Positions 10,309 through 21,890 of a DNA stretch of 64,000 bases are shown here, in pieces. The stretch is taken from positions 310,001-374,000 of the forward strand of contig NZ_BAABFP010000005.1 of NCBI RefSeq assembly GCF_039541115.1, written 5' to 3'. This stretch comes from Angustibacter luteus. GTDB taxonomy: Bacteria > Actinomycetota > Actinomycetes > Actinomycetales > Angustibacteraceae. Each line of letters opens with the position of its first letter. Within the stretch, counting starts at the first letter, position 1. Below the pieces are notes generated by a model that was not told the origin of the DNA, did no database searches, and worked only from the letters and a program-made list of their open reading frames with translations. The translations under genes were made by a program, and so were the position numbers.

Positions 10309-11069
10309 GCGGCCACTCCAAGTGGGCGACCACCAAGCACCAGAAGGCGGCCAAGGACGCCAAGCGCAGCAAGGTGTTCGCGAAGCTGATCAAGAACATC
10401 GAGGTCGCGGCGCGCACCGGTGGCGGCGACCCGGCGGGCAACCCCACCCTGTACGACGCCATCCAGAAGGCGAAGAAGACCTCGGTCCCGAACGAGAACA
10501 TCGACCGCGCGGTCAAGCGCGGCTCCGGGGCCGAGGCGGGCGGCTCCGACTGGCAGACGATCATGTACGAGGGCTACGGCCCCGGCGGGGTGGCGTTCCT
10601 GGTCGAGTGCCTCACCGACAACAAGAACCGTGCCGCGATGGAGGTCCGCACCGCGCTGACCCGCAGCGGCGGCAGCCTGGCCGACCCCGGCAGCGTGGCG
10701 TACCTGTTCTCCCGCAAGGGCGTCGTCCTGCTCGACAAGACCCAGGACGGTCGCGCGCTCAGCGAGGACGCCATCCTGGACGCGGTGCTGGACGCCGGCG
10801 CCGAGGAGGTCAACGACAACGGCGAGACCTGGGAGGTCGTGAGCGAGCCGACCGACCTGGTCGCCGTCCGCACCGCCTTGCAGGACGCCGGGATCGACTA
10901 CGAGTCGGCCGAGGCGCAGTTCGTGCCGAGCACCCAGATCGAGCTCGACGTCGACGGCGCCAAGAAGGTCTTCAAGCTGATCGACGCGCTGGAGGACAGC
11001 GACGACGTGCAGAACGTCTACGCCAACTTCGACGTCAGCGACGAAACGATGGAGCTGGTCGACGCCTGA
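10305..11069 (+). CDS. yebC: YebC/PmpR family protein
   Basis: [30 protein letters not shown]. Confidence 0.96.
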   Translation: MSGHSKWATTKHQKAAKDAKRSKVFAKLIKNIEVAARTGGGDPAGNPTLYDAIQKAKKTSVPNENIDRAVKRGSGAEAGGSDWQTIMYEGYGPGGVAFLVECLTDNKNRAAMEVRTALTRSGGSLADPGSVAYLFSRKGVVLLDKTQDGRALSEDAILDAVLDAGAEEVNDNGETWEVVSEPTDLVAVRTALQDAGIDYESAEAQFVPSTQIELDVDGAKKVFKLIDALEDSDDVQNVYANFDVSDETMELVDA

Positions 11070-11120
11070 GCCGGCAGCGCCGGTGCTGGTCGCGCCGGGG
11101 CCGTTCGCGGACGGACCAGA

Positions 11121-11285
11121 TCAGCTGCCCAGCCCGTACATGACCTCGGGCGGCAGGTAGGGCGGCGGCGGGTCCTCGTGCGGCGCACTCGCGGGCACGG
11201 ACGTCGTCCACGTCGAGGGCGCCGGCGCGGCGGGCAGTCGGGAGTAGTCCCGGACCAGCTCCTGCGCCTGCGAAATCGGGGCCAT
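11121..11285 (-). CDS. Possible small Pro-rich protein (54 aa)
   Basis: ATG at 11285: MAPISQAQELVRDYSRLPAAP...PPPYLPPEVMYGLGS. Fills the yebC-ruvC gap with GC-rich third positions. Confidence 0.45.
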   Translation of the reverse strand: MAPISQAQELVRDYSRLPAAPAPSTWTTSVPASAPHEDPPPPYLPPEVMYGLGS

Positions 11286-11416
11286 GAGCGTCAGTGTGCG
11301 GGCCGTCGGCCAATCTGTCGAGACCCTGCGCGTGCTCCGGCGCGCCGACCCGCCCGCGGGCCCGCGCGTGTGTAGCGTTGGCGCCCGAACAGGTGTTCGG
11401 ACGACTGGAGGACTGC

Positions 11417-11941
11417 GTGCGCGTGCTGGGCGTCGACCCCGGGCTGACCCGCTGTGGTGTGGGCGTGGTCTCCGGAGCGCCGGGCCGGCCACTGGACCTG
11501 GTGGCCGTCGGGGTCGTCCGCACCCCCGCAGACCTACCGGTGGCGCTGCGGCTGGTCCAGCTCGAGCGGGCGCTCGAGGAGTGGCTGGACGCGACGGACC
11601 CCGACGCGGTAGCCGTCGAGCGCGTCTTCAGCCAGCACAACGTCCGCACGGTGATGGGCACGGCGCAGGCCTCCGCGGTCGCGATGGTGGTCGCGGCCCG
11701 TCGTGGTCTGCCGGTCGCGCTGCACACCCCCAGCGAGGTGAAGGCCGCAGTGAGTGGCAACGGCCGCGCGGACAAGGCCCAGGTGGCCGCGATGGTGACC
11801 CGGCTGCTGCGGCTCGACGCCGCCCCCAAGCCGGCCGATGCCAGCGATGCGCTGGCCCTCGCGATCTGTCACGTGTGGCGCGGGGGCGCGAGCGCGCGGA
11901 TCGAGGCCGCCCTGGCCAAGGCGCACGGCGGTGCCCGGTGA
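11417..11941 (+). CDS. ruvC: Holliday junction resolvase
   Basis: [47 protein letters not shown]. Confidence 0.96.
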   Translation: MRVLGVDPGLTRCGVGVVSGAPGRPLDLVAVGVVRTPADLPVALRLVQLERALEEWLDATDPDAVAVERVFSQHNVRTVMGTAQASAVAMVVAARRGLPVALHTPSEVKAAVSGNGRADKAQVAAMVTRLLRLDAAPKPADASDALALAICHVWRGGASARIEAALAKAHGGAR

Positions 11942-12543
11942 TCGCCTCGGTCAGCGGCGTCGTCCAGCAGGTCAGCCTGGACGCTGCGGTGGTCTCCGTC
12001 GGCGGCGTCGGCCTGCTGGTGCAGGCCAGCCCGCGCACCCTGGCCGGCCTGCGCGAGGGCCAGCCGACGCTGCTGGCCACGTCGCTGGTGGTCCGCGAGG
12101 ACTCGCTGACCCTCTTCGGCTTCGCGGACGACGACGAGCGGGCCACGTTCGAGGCGCTGCAGTCGGTGACCGGCATCGGCCCGCGCCTGGCGCTGTCCCT
12201 GCTCGCGGTGCACGACCCCGAGGCGCTGCGGCGGGCGGTGGCCACTGACGACCTGGCGGCGCTGCGCAAGGTCCCTGGGGTGGGCCTGAAGAGCGCCCAG
12301 CGGATGGTGCTCGAGCTCAAGGGCAAGCTCGGCCTGCCCGGCGGCCCCGGAGCCGCACCGCTGAATGAGCCCGAGCCGGACGACGAGGCCTGGCGTGGTC
12401 AGGTCCGCGACGCGCTCGTCGGGCTGGGCTGGGCGGCCAAGGCCGCCGACGACGCCATCGCGAAGGTGGCGCCGGCAGCCGGTGAGCCCGTCGACGTCCC
12501 GGCGGTGCTGCGGGCCGCCCTGCAGCGGCTGGGCCGCGCATGA
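11938..12543 (+). CDS. ruvA: Holliday junction branch migration protein
   Basis: [32 protein letters not shown]. Confidence 0.95.
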   Translation: MIASVSGVVQQVSLDAAVVSVGGVGLLVQASPRTLAGLREGQPTLLATSLVVREDSLTLFGFADDDERATFEALQSVTGIGPRLALSLLAVHDPEALRRAVATDDLAALRKVPGVGLKSAQRMVLELKGKLGLPGGPGAAPLNEPEPDDEAWRGQVRDALVGLGWAAKAADDAIAKVAPAAGEPVDVPAVLRAALQRLGRA

Positions 12544-13679
12544 GCCCGGCGCGCGACGTCCCCGACGACTTCGACCTGCCGCCCCGCGTCGTGACGCAGG
12601 ACGCGGACGCCGAGGAGCGGGCGGCCGAGTCCGCGCTGCGCCCGACGAGCCTGGCCGAGCTGGTCGGCCAGACGCGGGTGCGCGACCAGCTCGACCTGGT
12701 GCTGCAGGCTGCCCGCCGGCGCGGGACCGCGCCGGACCACGTGCTGCTGTCCGGGCCGCCCGGGCTCGGCAAGACGACGCTCGCGCTGATCATCGGCGCC
12801 GAGATGTCGGCGCCTGTCCGGGTGACCAGCGGTCCGGCGATCCAGCACGCGGGGGACCTGGCCGCGATCCTGTCGTCGCTGGCCGAGGGCGAGGTGCTCT
12901 TCCTGGACGAGATCCACCGGATGTCGCGCCCCGCGGAGGAGATGCTCTACCTCGCCATGGAGGACTTCCGGGTCGACGTGGTGGTCGGCAAGGGGCCGGG
13001 GGCGACCGCGATCCCGCTGGAGCTGCCGCGCTTCACCCTGGTGGGCGCCACCACGCGCTCCGGCCTGCTGCCGGCGCCGCTGCGTGACCGGTTCGGCTTC
13101 ACGGCCCACCTCGACTTCTACAGCCCGGTCGAGCTGGACGAGCTGCTGCACCGGTCCGCCCGACTGCTCGGCATCGAGCTGGACCAGGACGCCTCGACCG
13201 AGATCGCCGGGCGCTCGCGCGGCACGCCGCGCATCGCGAACCGGCTGCTGCGCCGGGTGCGGGACTGGGCCCAGGTGCATGGCGGTGGCCGCATCGACCT
13301 GGCCGCGGCCCGCGCCGCGCTGGAGCTCTACGACGTCGACGAGGCCGGGCTGGACCGCCTCGACCGCGCGGTCCTGCAGGCGCTGTGCACCCGGTTCGGC
13401 GGGGGACCGGTCGGCCTCGCGACCCTGGCCGTGTCGGTCGGCGAGGAGACCGAGACGGTCGAGACCGTGGTCGAGCCGTTCCTGGTCCGTGAGGGTCTGC
13501 TGCTGCGCACGCCGCGCGGGCGGGCCGCCACCCCCCAGGCCTGGGCGCACCTCGGCCTGACGCCGCCGAGGCCCACGCCGGGCGCGGCCGCGCAGCTCAA
13601 CCTGCTCGAGGACGCACCCGATGGAACCTTCGGCACCGACGCCGACGTTGGTCCCTCAGGCGGCGAGCGCTTCCGCTGA
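12540..13679 (+). CDS. ruvB: Holliday junction helicase
   Basis: [30 protein letters not shown]. Confidence 0.97.
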   Translation: MSPARDVPDDFDLPPRVVTQDADAEERAAESALRPTSLAELVGQTRVRDQLDLVLQAARRRGTAPDHVLLSGPPGLGKTTLALIIGAEMSAPVRVTSGPAIQHAGDLAAILSSLAEGEVLFLDEIHRMSRPAEEMLYLAMEDFRVDVVVGKGPGATAIPLELPRFTLVGATTRSGLLPAPLRDRFGFTAHLDFYSPVELDELLHRSARLLGIELDQDASTEIAGRSRGTPRIANRLLRRVRDWAQVHGGGRIDLAAARAALELYDVDEAGLDRLDRAVLQALCTRFGGGPVGLATLAVSVGEETETVETVVEPFLVREGLLLRTPRGRAATPQAWAHLGLTPPRPTPGAAAQLNLLEDAPDGTFGTDADVGPSGGERFR

Positions 13680-13844
13680 CCCAGCCGGCGGACCAGGACC
13701 ATCGTTGCGATTCCGTGTCCGCGTTGGTTTGGTCGCCCGGCGACGCTCACATAGACTCGCCTGTTGGCCCAGCCGTCCACACGGGACGAACTGGACGTAC
13801 CCGACATTGACCGACGCAGAGCGTCGCGGAAGGACCATGGGCGC

Positions 13845-14171
13845 GTGAAAGCTTCGGACCTGCTGATCTTCGCCTTGCCGGTGATCCTGCTGCTGTTCCT
13901 GTTCCAGTCCCAGCGCCGTCGGCAGCGGACGTTCACGTCGCTGCAGGACCAGCTCGCGGCCGGCCAGGAGGTCGTCACGACGTCCGGGCTGTACGGCCGC
14001 ATCGTCAGCCTCGACGAGCGCGTCGTCGTGCTCGAGACCGGTCCGGGCCAGACCGTGCGGTGGGACCGCCGCGCGATCGCCAGCGTCGTTCCCGAAGACA
14101 GCGTGGTGCCGGGCGACGCGCCCACCCCCCCCGCAGACCCGGCGCCCGACGCCCAGAACGACGAGAAGTGA
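13845..14171 (+). CDS. yajC: Preprotein translocase subunit
   Basis: TM helix then GQEVVTTSGLYG; located between ruvB and secD. Confidence 0.88.
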   Translation: MKASDLLIFALPVILLLFLFQSQRRRQRTFTSLQDQLAAGQEVVTTSGLYGRIVSLDERVVVLETGPGQTVRWDRRAIASVVPEDSVVPGDAPTPPADPAPDAQNDEK

Positions 14172-14180
14172 GCGCCTGAC

Positions 14181-15971
14181 GTGGCTGGACCCAACAAGCG
14201 GCACGGTCGACCGAGCCGTCCCCTCCTCGCCCTCCTCGGGCTCATCCTGGTCCTGGGCGGCGTCATCGCCGCGCAGGTGAAGTGGGCCGACGGCCAGTGG
14301 ACCCCGCAGCTCGGCCTCGACCTCGAGGGCGGCACCCAGATCGTGCTGCAGCCGGTCATCAAGGGCGGCGGCAAGGTGGACGACGCGACGCTGCGGCAGT
14401 CGGTGGACATCATCCGGGCCCGCATCGACGGCTCGGGTGTCGGCGAGGCCGAGATCACCACCGAGGGCGGCCGCAACATCGTGGTCGCGGTGCCCGGCAA
14501 GGTGACCGACGCCCAGCGCCGCCTGATCACCCAGTCCTCGCAGCTGCAGTTCCGGCCGGTGCTCGCCGAGGCGGCCGCGCAGCCCACGCCGACCGCCACG
14601 TCCACCGCGACGTCCACCCCGAGTGGCACCGCGACGGGTACGGCGACGCCCAAGGCGACCGCGACGGCCACGGCCAGCCCCACCACGAGCAGCGAGAAGG
14701 CGGCACTGCCGCAGTCCCTGCTGAAGAGCGGGACGACCGCGACCCCGTCCGCGACGCCCACGGCATCCGCGTCGCCGACCGCCTCCGGTGCAGTCACCCC
14801 GGCGCCGAAGCCGACCAGCCCGAGCGACCTGAACCAGATCACTCCGCAGATCCAGGCCCAGTTCGAGGCCGAGACGTGCTCGGACGCGACGAAGCTGCCG
14901 GACAGCCAAGCCGATCCGAACGCACCGCTGGTGACCTGCTCCGCGGATCTGTCGACCAAGTACATCCTCGGCCCCGTCGAGGTGGACGGCAGCGACATCA
15001 AGAGTGCGACTGCGGGTCTGCAGCAGCTGCAGAACGGTGGCACCTCCACCACCTGGGAGATCCAGCTCGCCTTCAACGGCGAGGGCACGGACAAGTTCTC
15101 CGAGACGACGACGCGGCTCTACACCCTGACGCCGCCGCAGAACCAGTTCGCCATCGTGCTCGACGGGCGAGTCATCTCGGCTCCGCAGACCAACGAGCCG
15201 ATCACCGGTGGCACCGCCTCGATCACGGGCAACTTCACCCAGAAGAGCTCGCTGGAGCTGGCGAACCAGCTGAAGTACGGCGCTCTCCCGCTCTCGTTCA
15301 CCAAGCAGACGGAAGAGGAGATCAGCCCGCTGCTCGGCAAGGAGCAGCTCCAGCGCGGTCTGATCGCCGGTCTGATCGGCCTGCTGCTCGTGGTGCTCTA
15401 CTCGCTGCTGCAGTACCGCGCCCTCGGCTTCGTGACGGTGGCGTCGCTGCTGGTCGCGGGGGTGATCACCTACGAGGTCGTCGTCGTGCTCGGCAACTCG
15501 TCGGGCCTGCGGCTGACCCTGGCCGGGATCACCGGTCTGATCGTGTCGATCGGTGTCACCGCCGACTCGTTCATCGTCTACTTCGAACGGGTCCGGGACG
15601 AGGTGCGTGACGGACGTAGCCTGCGCTCGGCCGTGGACACCGGGTGGAAGCGGGCCCGACGCACGATCCTGGCGGCGGACTCGATCAACTTCCTCGCTGC
15701 GGTCGTGCTGTACATCCTGGCCGCCGGTGGCGTGCGCGGGTTCGCGTACACGCTCGGCCTGGCCACGATCATCGACGTCGTCGTCGTCGTGCTCTTCACC
15801 CACCCGCTGCTGACCATCCTGGCCCGGACGAAGTTCTTCGGTCAGGGTCATCGCTGGTCCGGTCTCGACCCCGAGCGCCTCGGTGCCGGGACGGCGATCG
15901 GTGTGAAGGCCAACCTCGGCACCATCGCCTCGCGTCGCGCCGCCGCCGCCACGACCCCCCAGGACGCCTGA
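14181..15971 (+). CDS. secD: Protein translocase subunit SecD
   Basis: LGLDLEGG, LKYGALP, IGVTADSFIVYFER, VRGFAYTL. Confidence 0.96.
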   Translation: MAGPNKRHGRPSRPLLALLGLILVLGGVIAAQVKWADGQWTPQLGLDLEGGTQIVLQPVIKGGGKVDDATLRQSVDIIRARIDGSGVGEAEITTEGGRNIVVAVPGKVTDAQRRLITQSSQLQFRPVLAEAAAQPTPTATSTATSTPSGTATGTATPKATATATASPTTSSEKAALPQSLLKSGTTATPSATPTASASPTASGAVTPAPKPTSPSDLNQITPQIQAQFEAETCSDATKLPDSQADPNAPLVTCSADLSTKYILGPVEVDGSDIKSATAGLQQLQNGGTSTTWEIQLAFNGEGTDKFSETTTRLYTLTPPQNQFAIVLDGRVISAPQTNEPITGGTASITGNFTQKSSLELANQLKYGALPLSFTKQTEEEISPLLGKEQLQRGLIAGLIGLLLVVLYSLLQYRALGFVTVASLLVAGVITYEVVVVLGNSSGLRLTLAGITGLIVSIGVTADSFIVYFERVRDEVRDGRSLRSAVDTGWKRARRTILAADSINFLAAVVLYILAAGGVRGFAYTLGLATIIDVVVVVLFTHPLLTILARTKFFGQGHRWSGLDPERLGAGTAIGVKANLGTIASRRAAAATTPQDA

Positions 15972-17140
15972 TGTTCAGCTTCGCCGCATTCGGCAACCAG
16001 CTCTACACGGGCGAGCGCTCGATCGAGGTCGTGCGCCGCCAGAAGATCTGGTACGCGATCTCGGCCGTGATCCTGCTGCTGTCCCTGGTCGCGCTGCTGA
16101 CCCGCGGTCTCGTTCTGGGGCTGGAGTTCACCGGCGGCACGGAGTTCCGCGTCGTGTCGGTGCAGACGACGAACACCATCCCCGGTGCGGACGCCGTCAC
16201 CGAGGGAGCCCCGGGCGCCGAGGCCAACGTGACCACCGTCGGCAGCTCCTCGATCCGCGTGCAGACCGACGAGCTCACCGACGCCCAGATCGACAAGGTC
16301 ACCGCCGCGCTCGCCAAGGCGTACGGCGTGCCGGAGGACAACGTCACGGTCTCCACCGTGGGTCCGTCGTGGGGTCAGACCGTGTCCAAGAAGGCGATCC
16401 AGGGTCTGGTCGTCTTCCTGATCCTGGTGGCGCTGTTCATCTCGGTCTACTTCCGCACCTGGAAGATGGCGCTGTCCGCGATCATCGCTCTCGTGCACGA
16501 CCTGTTCATCACGGTCGGCATCTACGCCTTGGTCGGGTTCGAGGTGACCCCTGCGTCCGTCATCGGGTTCCTGACGATCCTCGGGTACTCCCTGTACGAC
16601 ACCGTCGTGGTGTTCGACAAGGTGCGCGAGAACACCGACCACATCACGACGCAGACGAAGCGCACCTACTCCGAGGCCGCGAACCTCGCCGTCAACCAGA
16701 CGCTGGTGCGGTCCATCAACACCTCCGTGGTGGCGCTGCTGCCGGTCGGGTCGATCCTGTTCATCGGGGCCTTCTGGCTCGGTGCGGGCACGCTGAAGGA
16801 CCTGTCGCTGGCGCTGTTCGTCGGTATCGCCACCGGTACGTACTCGTCCATCTTCATCGCGACCCCGTTGCTCGCGGACCTGCGTGAGCGCGAGCCCGAG
16901 ATGAAGGCGCTGAAGAAGCGCGTGCTGTCCCGGCGCACCGGTGCCGTGGCCCCGACGGCCGGCGGCCGCGCCAGCCGCGCCGCCGCAGCGGGCACCGCCA
17001 CCGCGGTGCTCGAGCGCGACGTGCAGGACGAGGCGGACTCGGACGACGCGGCACCGCCGGCGCCGCAGGACGGGCCCGGGTCCCGGCCGCGTCAGACGGG
17101 TCCGCGCAACCAGCCCAAGCGCAAGCCCCGCCGCAAGTGA
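15971..17140 (+). CDS. secF: Protein translocase subunit SecF
   Basis: GLEFTGG, VGPSWG, GYSLYDTVVVFDKVRE, RSINTS. Confidence 0.96.
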   Translation: MFSFAAFGNQLYTGERSIEVVRRQKIWYAISAVILLLSLVALLTRGLVLGLEFTGGTEFRVVSVQTTNTIPGADAVTEGAPGAEANVTTVGSSSIRVQTDELTDAQIDKVTAALAKAYGVPEDNVTVSTVGPSWGQTVSKKAIQGLVVFLILVALFISVYFRTWKMALSAIIALVHDLFITVGIYALVGFEVTPASVIGFLTILGYSLYDTVVVFDKVRENTDHITTQTKRTYSEAANLAVNQTLVRSINTSVVALLPVGSILFIGAFWLGAGTLKDLSLALFVGIATGTYSSIFIATPLLADLREREPEMKALKKRVLSRRTGAVAPTAGGRASRAAAAGTATAVLERDVQDEADSDDAAPPAPQDGPGSRPRQTGPRNQPKRKPRRK

Positions 17141-17682
17141 GCCCTGCCTCCGACGCCGCGCCCACAGCGGCTGACCTGCTCGCCCGCTTCGTCCGGGACG
17201 TCCCGGACTTCCCGTCGGCCGGGGTGATGTTCAAGGACATCGCCCCGCTCCTGGCCGACGGGCCGGCCTTCGGTGCGGTCGTGGGCGATCTGGCCGACCG
17301 CTACCGCGGCACGGTCGACGCCGTCGTCGGGATCGAGGCCCGCGGGTTCATGCTGGCCGCGCCGGTCGCCGTGACGCTCGGAGTCGGCTTCGTGCCGGTC
17401 CGCAAGGCCGGGAAGCTGCCTGGCCCCGTGTGGGCCGCCGAGTACGCGCTCGAGTACGGCACGGCGGAGATCGAGGTCCAGCAGGACGCCTTCGGGGCGG
17501 GACGCCGGGTGCTGGTGCTGGACGACGTCCTGGCTACCGGGGGAACGGCCGAGGCCACCTGCGAGCTGGTCGAGCGAGCCGGCGCCGAGGTGGTCGAGCT
17601 CGCCGTCCTGCTCGAGCTGGCCTTCCTGAGCGGCCGCGACAAGCTGCCCGGTCGGCCGGTGCACGCCCTGCTGACCGTCTGA
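17137..17682 (+). CDS. apt: Adenine phosphoribosyltransferase
   Basis: DFP..GVMFKDI, RKAGKLP, VLDDVLATGGT. Confidence 0.96.
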   Translation: MSPASDAAPTAADLLARFVRDVPDFPSAGVMFKDIAPLLADGPAFGAVVGDLADRYRGTVDAVVGIEARGFMLAAPVAVTLGVGFVPVRKAGKLPGPVWAAEYALEYGTAEIEVQQDAFGAGRRVLVLDDVLATGGTAEATCELVERAGAEVVELAVLLELAFLSGRDKLPGRPVHALLTV

Positions 17683-17817
17683 CCCGTTCGCGCGGGAATC
17701 GCCCGCACACGTTGGGCCGTTTGCCTGGTTGTCCACAGGGCTGGGACGGTCTCGTGGGCTGATGCCCCCGGGTCCGTAGACTGGTTCGACGGTGGTAGGA
17801 CGGCGGACGGAGCACAC

Positions 17818-20223
17818 GTGTCAGATCCCACGCGCACGGCCACGAGCGCAGGCAGCGGCGAGGACGACGTCCCCGCCGCGGTGCCTGACGTCGTCGAGGC
17901 CGGCGCCGGGTCTGACCAGTCCGCGGACGACGCGTCGGTGCACACGGGTTCGATCCCGACGTCCAGCCGGGTGCGGGCCCGCCTGCACCGGCTGGGCGGG
18001 CAGCGCTCGGCCAGCAGCCCGGTGCTGGAGCCGCTCCTGCGCGCCGTGCGGGCCACCCACCCGAAGGCCGACGTCAGCGTCATCGAGCGCGCGTACGAGG
18101 TGGCCGAGCTGGCCCACCGCGGCCAGCAGCGCAACAGCGGCGACCCGTACATCACCCACCCGCTGGCGGTCGCCACGATCCTCGCCGAGCTGGGCATGAC
18201 CGAGGCCACCCTCGCGGCGGCGCTGCTGCACGACACGGTGGAGGACACCGACTACACCCTGGACACGCTGCGCAAGGACTTCGGCGACGAGGTCGCGATG
18301 CTGGTCGACGGGGTGACCAAGCTCGACAAGGTCACCTACGGCGAGGCCGCGCAGGCCGAGACCGTCCGCAAGATGGTCGTGGCGATGGCCCGGGACATCC
18401 GGGTGCTGGTGATCAAGCTGGCGGACCGGCTGCACAACGCCCGGACGTGGCGCTACGTGTCGGTGGAGTCCGCCCAGCGCAAGGCGCGCGAGACCCTCGA
18501 GATCTACGCGCCACTGGCCCACCGGCTCGGCATGAACACCATCAAGTGGGAGCTCGAGGACCTCTCGTTCGCGACGCTCTACCCCAAGGTCTACGACGAG
18601 ATCGTGCGGCTGGTCAGCGAGCGAGCACCGGCCCGCGAGGAGTACCTGGCGAAGGTCCGCGAGCAGGTCACGGCAGACCTGCGGGGCGCCAAGCTGAAGG
18701 CCACGGTGACGGGTCGGCCGAAGCACTACTACTCGATCTACCAGAAGATGATCGTCCGCGGCCGCGACTTCGAGGACATCTACGACCTGGTCGGCGTGCG
18801 GGTGCTGGTGGAGTCCGTGCGCGACTGCTACGCGGCGCTGGGTGCGCTGCACGCGCGGTGGAACCCGGTGCCAGGGCGGTTCAAGGACTACATCGCCATG
18901 CCCAAGTTCAACATGTACCAGTCGTTGCACACGACGGTCATCGGGCCGAGCGGCAAGCCGGTCGAGATCCAGATCCGCACCTTCACCATGCACCGCCGGG
19001 CCGAGTTCGGCGTTGCCGCGCACTGGAAGTACAAGGAGCAGCCGTCGGCGAGCGCACCGGCCGAGGTGGAGGCGGGCGCGACGGACATGGCCTGGCTGCG
19101 CCAGCTGCTCGACTGGCAGCGGGAGACCTCCGACCCCGGCGAGTTCCTCGACTCGCTGCGGTTCGAGATCAACGCCCGCGAGGTCTACGTGTTCACGCCC
19201 AAGGGTGACGTGGTGGCGCTGCCGGCCGGCGCGACGCCGGTGGACTTCGCGTACGCGGTGCACACCGAGGTCGGGCACCGCACCATCGGTGGTCGGGTGA
19301 ACGGTCGCCTGGTGCCGTTGGAGTCGACGCTGGAGAACGGCGACGTCGTCGAGGTGCTGACGTCCAAGGCCGCCACCGCTGGCCCCAGCCGGGACTGGCT
19401 GGCCTTCGTGAAGAGTCCGCGGGCGCGCAACAAGATCCGCCAGTGGTTCAGCAAGGAGCGCCGCGAGGAGGCCATCGACCGCGGGAAGGACGAGATCGCC
19501 AAGGTGATGCGCAAGCAGCACCTGCCCCTGCAGCGGCTGATGTCGCACGAGTCCCTGCTGGCGATCGCGACCGAGCTCCGGTACGCCGACATCGACGCCC
19601 TGTACGCGGCGATCGGCGAGAGCCACGTGTCTGCGCAGAGCGTGGTGGCCAAGCTCGTCCAGTCCCTCGGCGGCGAGGAGGGGGCGAGCGAGGACCTGGC
19701 GGAGGCCACGCTGCCGAGCCGGGTCTCGCGCCGTCCTCGCACGGGCGACCCGGGCGTGGTGGTCAAGGGCGTGGACGACCTGTGGGTCAAGCTGGCTCGA
19801 TGCTGTACGCCGGTGCCGGGCGACCCGATCATGGGCTTCGTCACCCGGGGCAGCGGGGTGTCCGTCCACCGCGATGACTGCACGAACGTCGCGGGGTTGC
19901 TCGCCGAGCCGGACCGCATCGTCGAGGTGGAGTGGGCGCCGTCGTCCGCGACCGTGTTCCTCGTCCAGATCCAGGTCGAGGCGCTGGACCGGTCCCGGCT
20001 GCTGTCGGACGTCACGCGGGTGCTGTCGGACGCGCACGTGAACATCCTGTCCGCCACCGTTCAGACGTCCCGGGACCGGGTCGCCGTCTCACGGTTCTCG
20101 TTCGAGATGGGCGACCCCGGTCACCTGGGGCACGTGCTCAACGCGGTCCGTCGCGTCGATGGCGTCTTCGACGCCTACCGGCTCACCGGAGGACGTCCCA
20201 CGCCTACACAAAGTGACGCCTAA
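17818..20223 (+). CDS. relA: Bifunctional (p)ppGpp synthetase/hydrolase
   Basis: HD domain (LLHDTVED), synthetase (RFKDY, YQSLHT), TGS (VFTPKG), CC and ACT domains. Confidence 0.97.
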   Translation: MSDPTRTATSAGSGEDDVPAAVPDVVEAGAGSDQSADDASVHTGSIPTSSRVRARLHRLGGQRSASSPVLEPLLRAVRATHPKADVSVIERAYEVAELAHRGQQRNSGDPYITHPLAVATILAELGMTEATLAAALLHDTVEDTDYTLDTLRKDFGDEVAMLVDGVTKLDKVTYGEAAQAETVRKMVVAMARDIRVLVIKLADRLHNARTWRYVSVESAQRKARETLEIYAPLAHRLGMNTIKWELEDLSFATLYPKVYDEIVRLVSERAPAREEYLAKVREQVTADLRGAKLKATVTGRPKHYYSIYQKMIVRGRDFEDIYDLVGVRVLVESVRDCYAALGALHARWNPVPGRFKDYIAMPKFNMYQSLHTTVIGPSGKPVEIQIRTFTMHRRAEFGVAAHWKYKEQPSASAPAEVEAGATDMAWLRQLLDWQRETSDPGEFLDSLRFEINAREVYVFTPKGDVVALPAGATPVDFAYAVHTEVGHRTIGGRVNGRLVPLESTLENGDVVEVLTSKAATAGPSRDWLAFVKSPRARNKIRQWFSKERREEAIDRGKDEIAKVMRKQHLPLQRLMSHESLLAIATELRYADIDALYAAIGESHVSAQSVVAKLVQSLGGEEGASEDLAEATLPSRVSRRPRTGDPGVVVKGVDDLWVKLARCCTPVPGDPIMGFVTRGSGVSVHRDDCTNVAGLLAEPDRIVEVEWAPSSATVFLVQIQVEALDRSRLLSDVTRVLSDAHVNILSATVQTSRDRVAVSRFSFEMGDPGHLGHVLNAVRRVDGVFDAYRLTGGRPTPTQSDA

Positions 20224-20256
20224 TTACCCTGTGTGCAGCAAGCGCTACCGGAAAAC

Positions 20257-20282
20257 GTCAAGTAGGCACGGCACCTGCCGAC
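20257..20282 (+). promoter_or_regulatory. Putative FliA/WhiG-type promoter of the GGDEF gene
   Basis: GTCAAG-N14-GCCGAC, the same architecture as the pil promoters. Confidence 0.55.
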
Positions 20283-20324
20283 TCTGCAGAGTGAGGAACG
20301 TCCTCGACGAACAGGGAGCAGCGC

Positions 20325-21890
20325 GTGCCACGGTCGGACGAGCCTGCGTGGATCCGCGAGCTGGAGACACGCCTCGGCAAGGCGGAAGCGCCGGCTGCCG
20401 TCGACGCGGCTGCCTGGCTCGCCCAGGCCGGGCCCGACGCCGACCCGGTGCTGGTCCGCCGGATGCGCCTGATCACTGCGCTGGCCGACAGCCGGACGGG
20501 TCGGGTGGGCGATGGCGCCGCTGCCATCCGCGACATCCGCGAGTGGGCGGTCGAGCACCGGGAGCCCTACCTGCAGGCTCGGACCGAGCGCATCCTCGGG
20601 ACGCTGCTGCGGGTCGCGGGGGAGACCTCCGTCAGCCTGGAGCACGCCGTGGCCTCGGTCGAGCTGCTCAGCGACGACGTCTGGCCGGAGATCCGGGCCG
20701 ACCACCTGGTCGGCCTCGCCGACGCGCTGTCGGTGAACGGGTCCGTGGACGGCGCGGTGCAGCGCTACCAGGAGGCACTGGTGCTGCTGCAGGGCGGCAC
20801 CACCCTGGGTCAGCGGCTCATGGCGCTCAACAACCTCGCGTACACGCTGTACGAGGCAGGCCGGTTCGACGAGGCGGCCGCCATCGCCCAGGAGATCCGC
20901 GACGTCAACGCCGCCAACGGGCTCGAGCTCACCCTGCACGCGGTCGACAGCATCGCCAGCATCTACCTCGCGCTCGGCCGAGACGCTGACGCCGCCGTGC
21001 TCTTCGAGAGCGTGGACCTCACGGCGTCGGCACCCCCCGAGGACATCGCGACCGTCCAGCTCACCCGGTCCATCGTGCTGCGCAAGCGCGGCGACCTGGA
21101 CGGCGCCCGCGCCGACCTGGACGCCTGCCGGCAGTACTGCCTCGACCACGGCGTCGGCTCGGTACACGTGCAGGCGTTGCGCGAGCGCGCCGAGCTGTCC
21201 GCTGCGATGGGCCAGTTCGAGGCCGCCTTCACGCAGTACAAGGACTTCCACGAGCAGTCGCTGACCCAGCAGCAGGTCGAGCGCGAGGCCCGCGCCCGGA
21301 TGATGCAGGCGATCTTCGAGACCGAGGAGGCCCGGCGCGAGAGCGCTCGCTTCCGCGAGATGTCCTACCGGGACGCGCTCACCCAGCTCTACAACCGCCG
21401 CTACGTGGACGAGCACCTCACGCCGCTGCTGGACCTCGGCGTGGTGTCCGACCAGCCCGTCGCGGTGGCCTTCGTCGACCTGGACCACTTCAAGTCCGTC
21501 AACGACACGTACTCGCACGAGGTCGGCGACGAGGTCCTGCGCCGCCTGGCCGGCATCCTGGAGCGGGGCGTCTACGGCGTGCACGACGGGTTCGCCGCCC
21601 GGATGGGTGGCGAGGAGTTCCTGCTCGTCCTGCCCGGCCAGGCCGCCGACGTCGCGGCGACCGTCCTGGAGCGCGCCCGGCTGAGCGTCGAGCAGGCCGA
21701 CTGGGCGGCGGTCGCGCCCGGCCTGCACGTGACGGTCAGCATCGGGTGCGCCACGACCGTGGACGACGCGCACGACCGGCTCACCCTGCTGGCCCGCGCG
21801 GACGAGCGGCTCTACGAGGCCAAGCGATCCGGGCGCAACCGGGTCGTCGGCGTCCCGGCCACCGCGAAATCAGGCGCCGAAGTCGGCTAG
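20325..21890 (+). CDS. Diguanylate cyclase with TPR-like N-terminus
   Basis: DALTQLYNRR, DLDHFKSVND..SH..GD, ARMGGEEF, ADERLYEAKRSGRN; helical-repeat N-terminus (LNNLAYTLY). Confidence 0.92.
   Translation: MPRSDEPAWIRELETRLGKAEAPAAVDAAAWLAQAGPDADPVLVRRMRLITALADSRTGRVGDGAAAIRDIREWAVEHREPYLQARTERILGTLLRVAGETSVSLEHAVASVELLSDDVWPEIRADHLVGLADALSVNGSVDGAVQRYQEALVLLQGGTTLGQRLMALNNLAYTLYEAGRFDEAAAIAQEIRDVNAANGLELTLHAVDSIASIYLALGRDADAAVLFESVDLTASAPPEDIATVQLTRSIVLRKRGDLDGARADLDACRQYCLDHGVGSVHVQALRERAELSAAMGQFEAAFTQYKDFHEQSLTQQQVEREARARMMQAIFETEEARRESARFREMSYRDALTQLYNRRYVDEHLTPLLDLGVVSDQPVAVAFVDLDHFKSVNDTYSHEVGDEVLRRLAGILERGVYGVHDGFAARMGGEEFLLVLPGQAADVAATVLERARLSVEQADWAAVAPGLHVTVSIGCATTVDDAHDRLTLLARADERLYEAKRSGRNRVVGVPATAKSGAEVG

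Noticed and set aside
21870..21890. Convergent 3' overlaps (GGDEF/DUF349, 21 nt; also rarA/DUF2470-like, 42 nt)
   Set aside because: Short tail-to-tail overlaps are common in high-GC genomes, and there is no evidence of special function.
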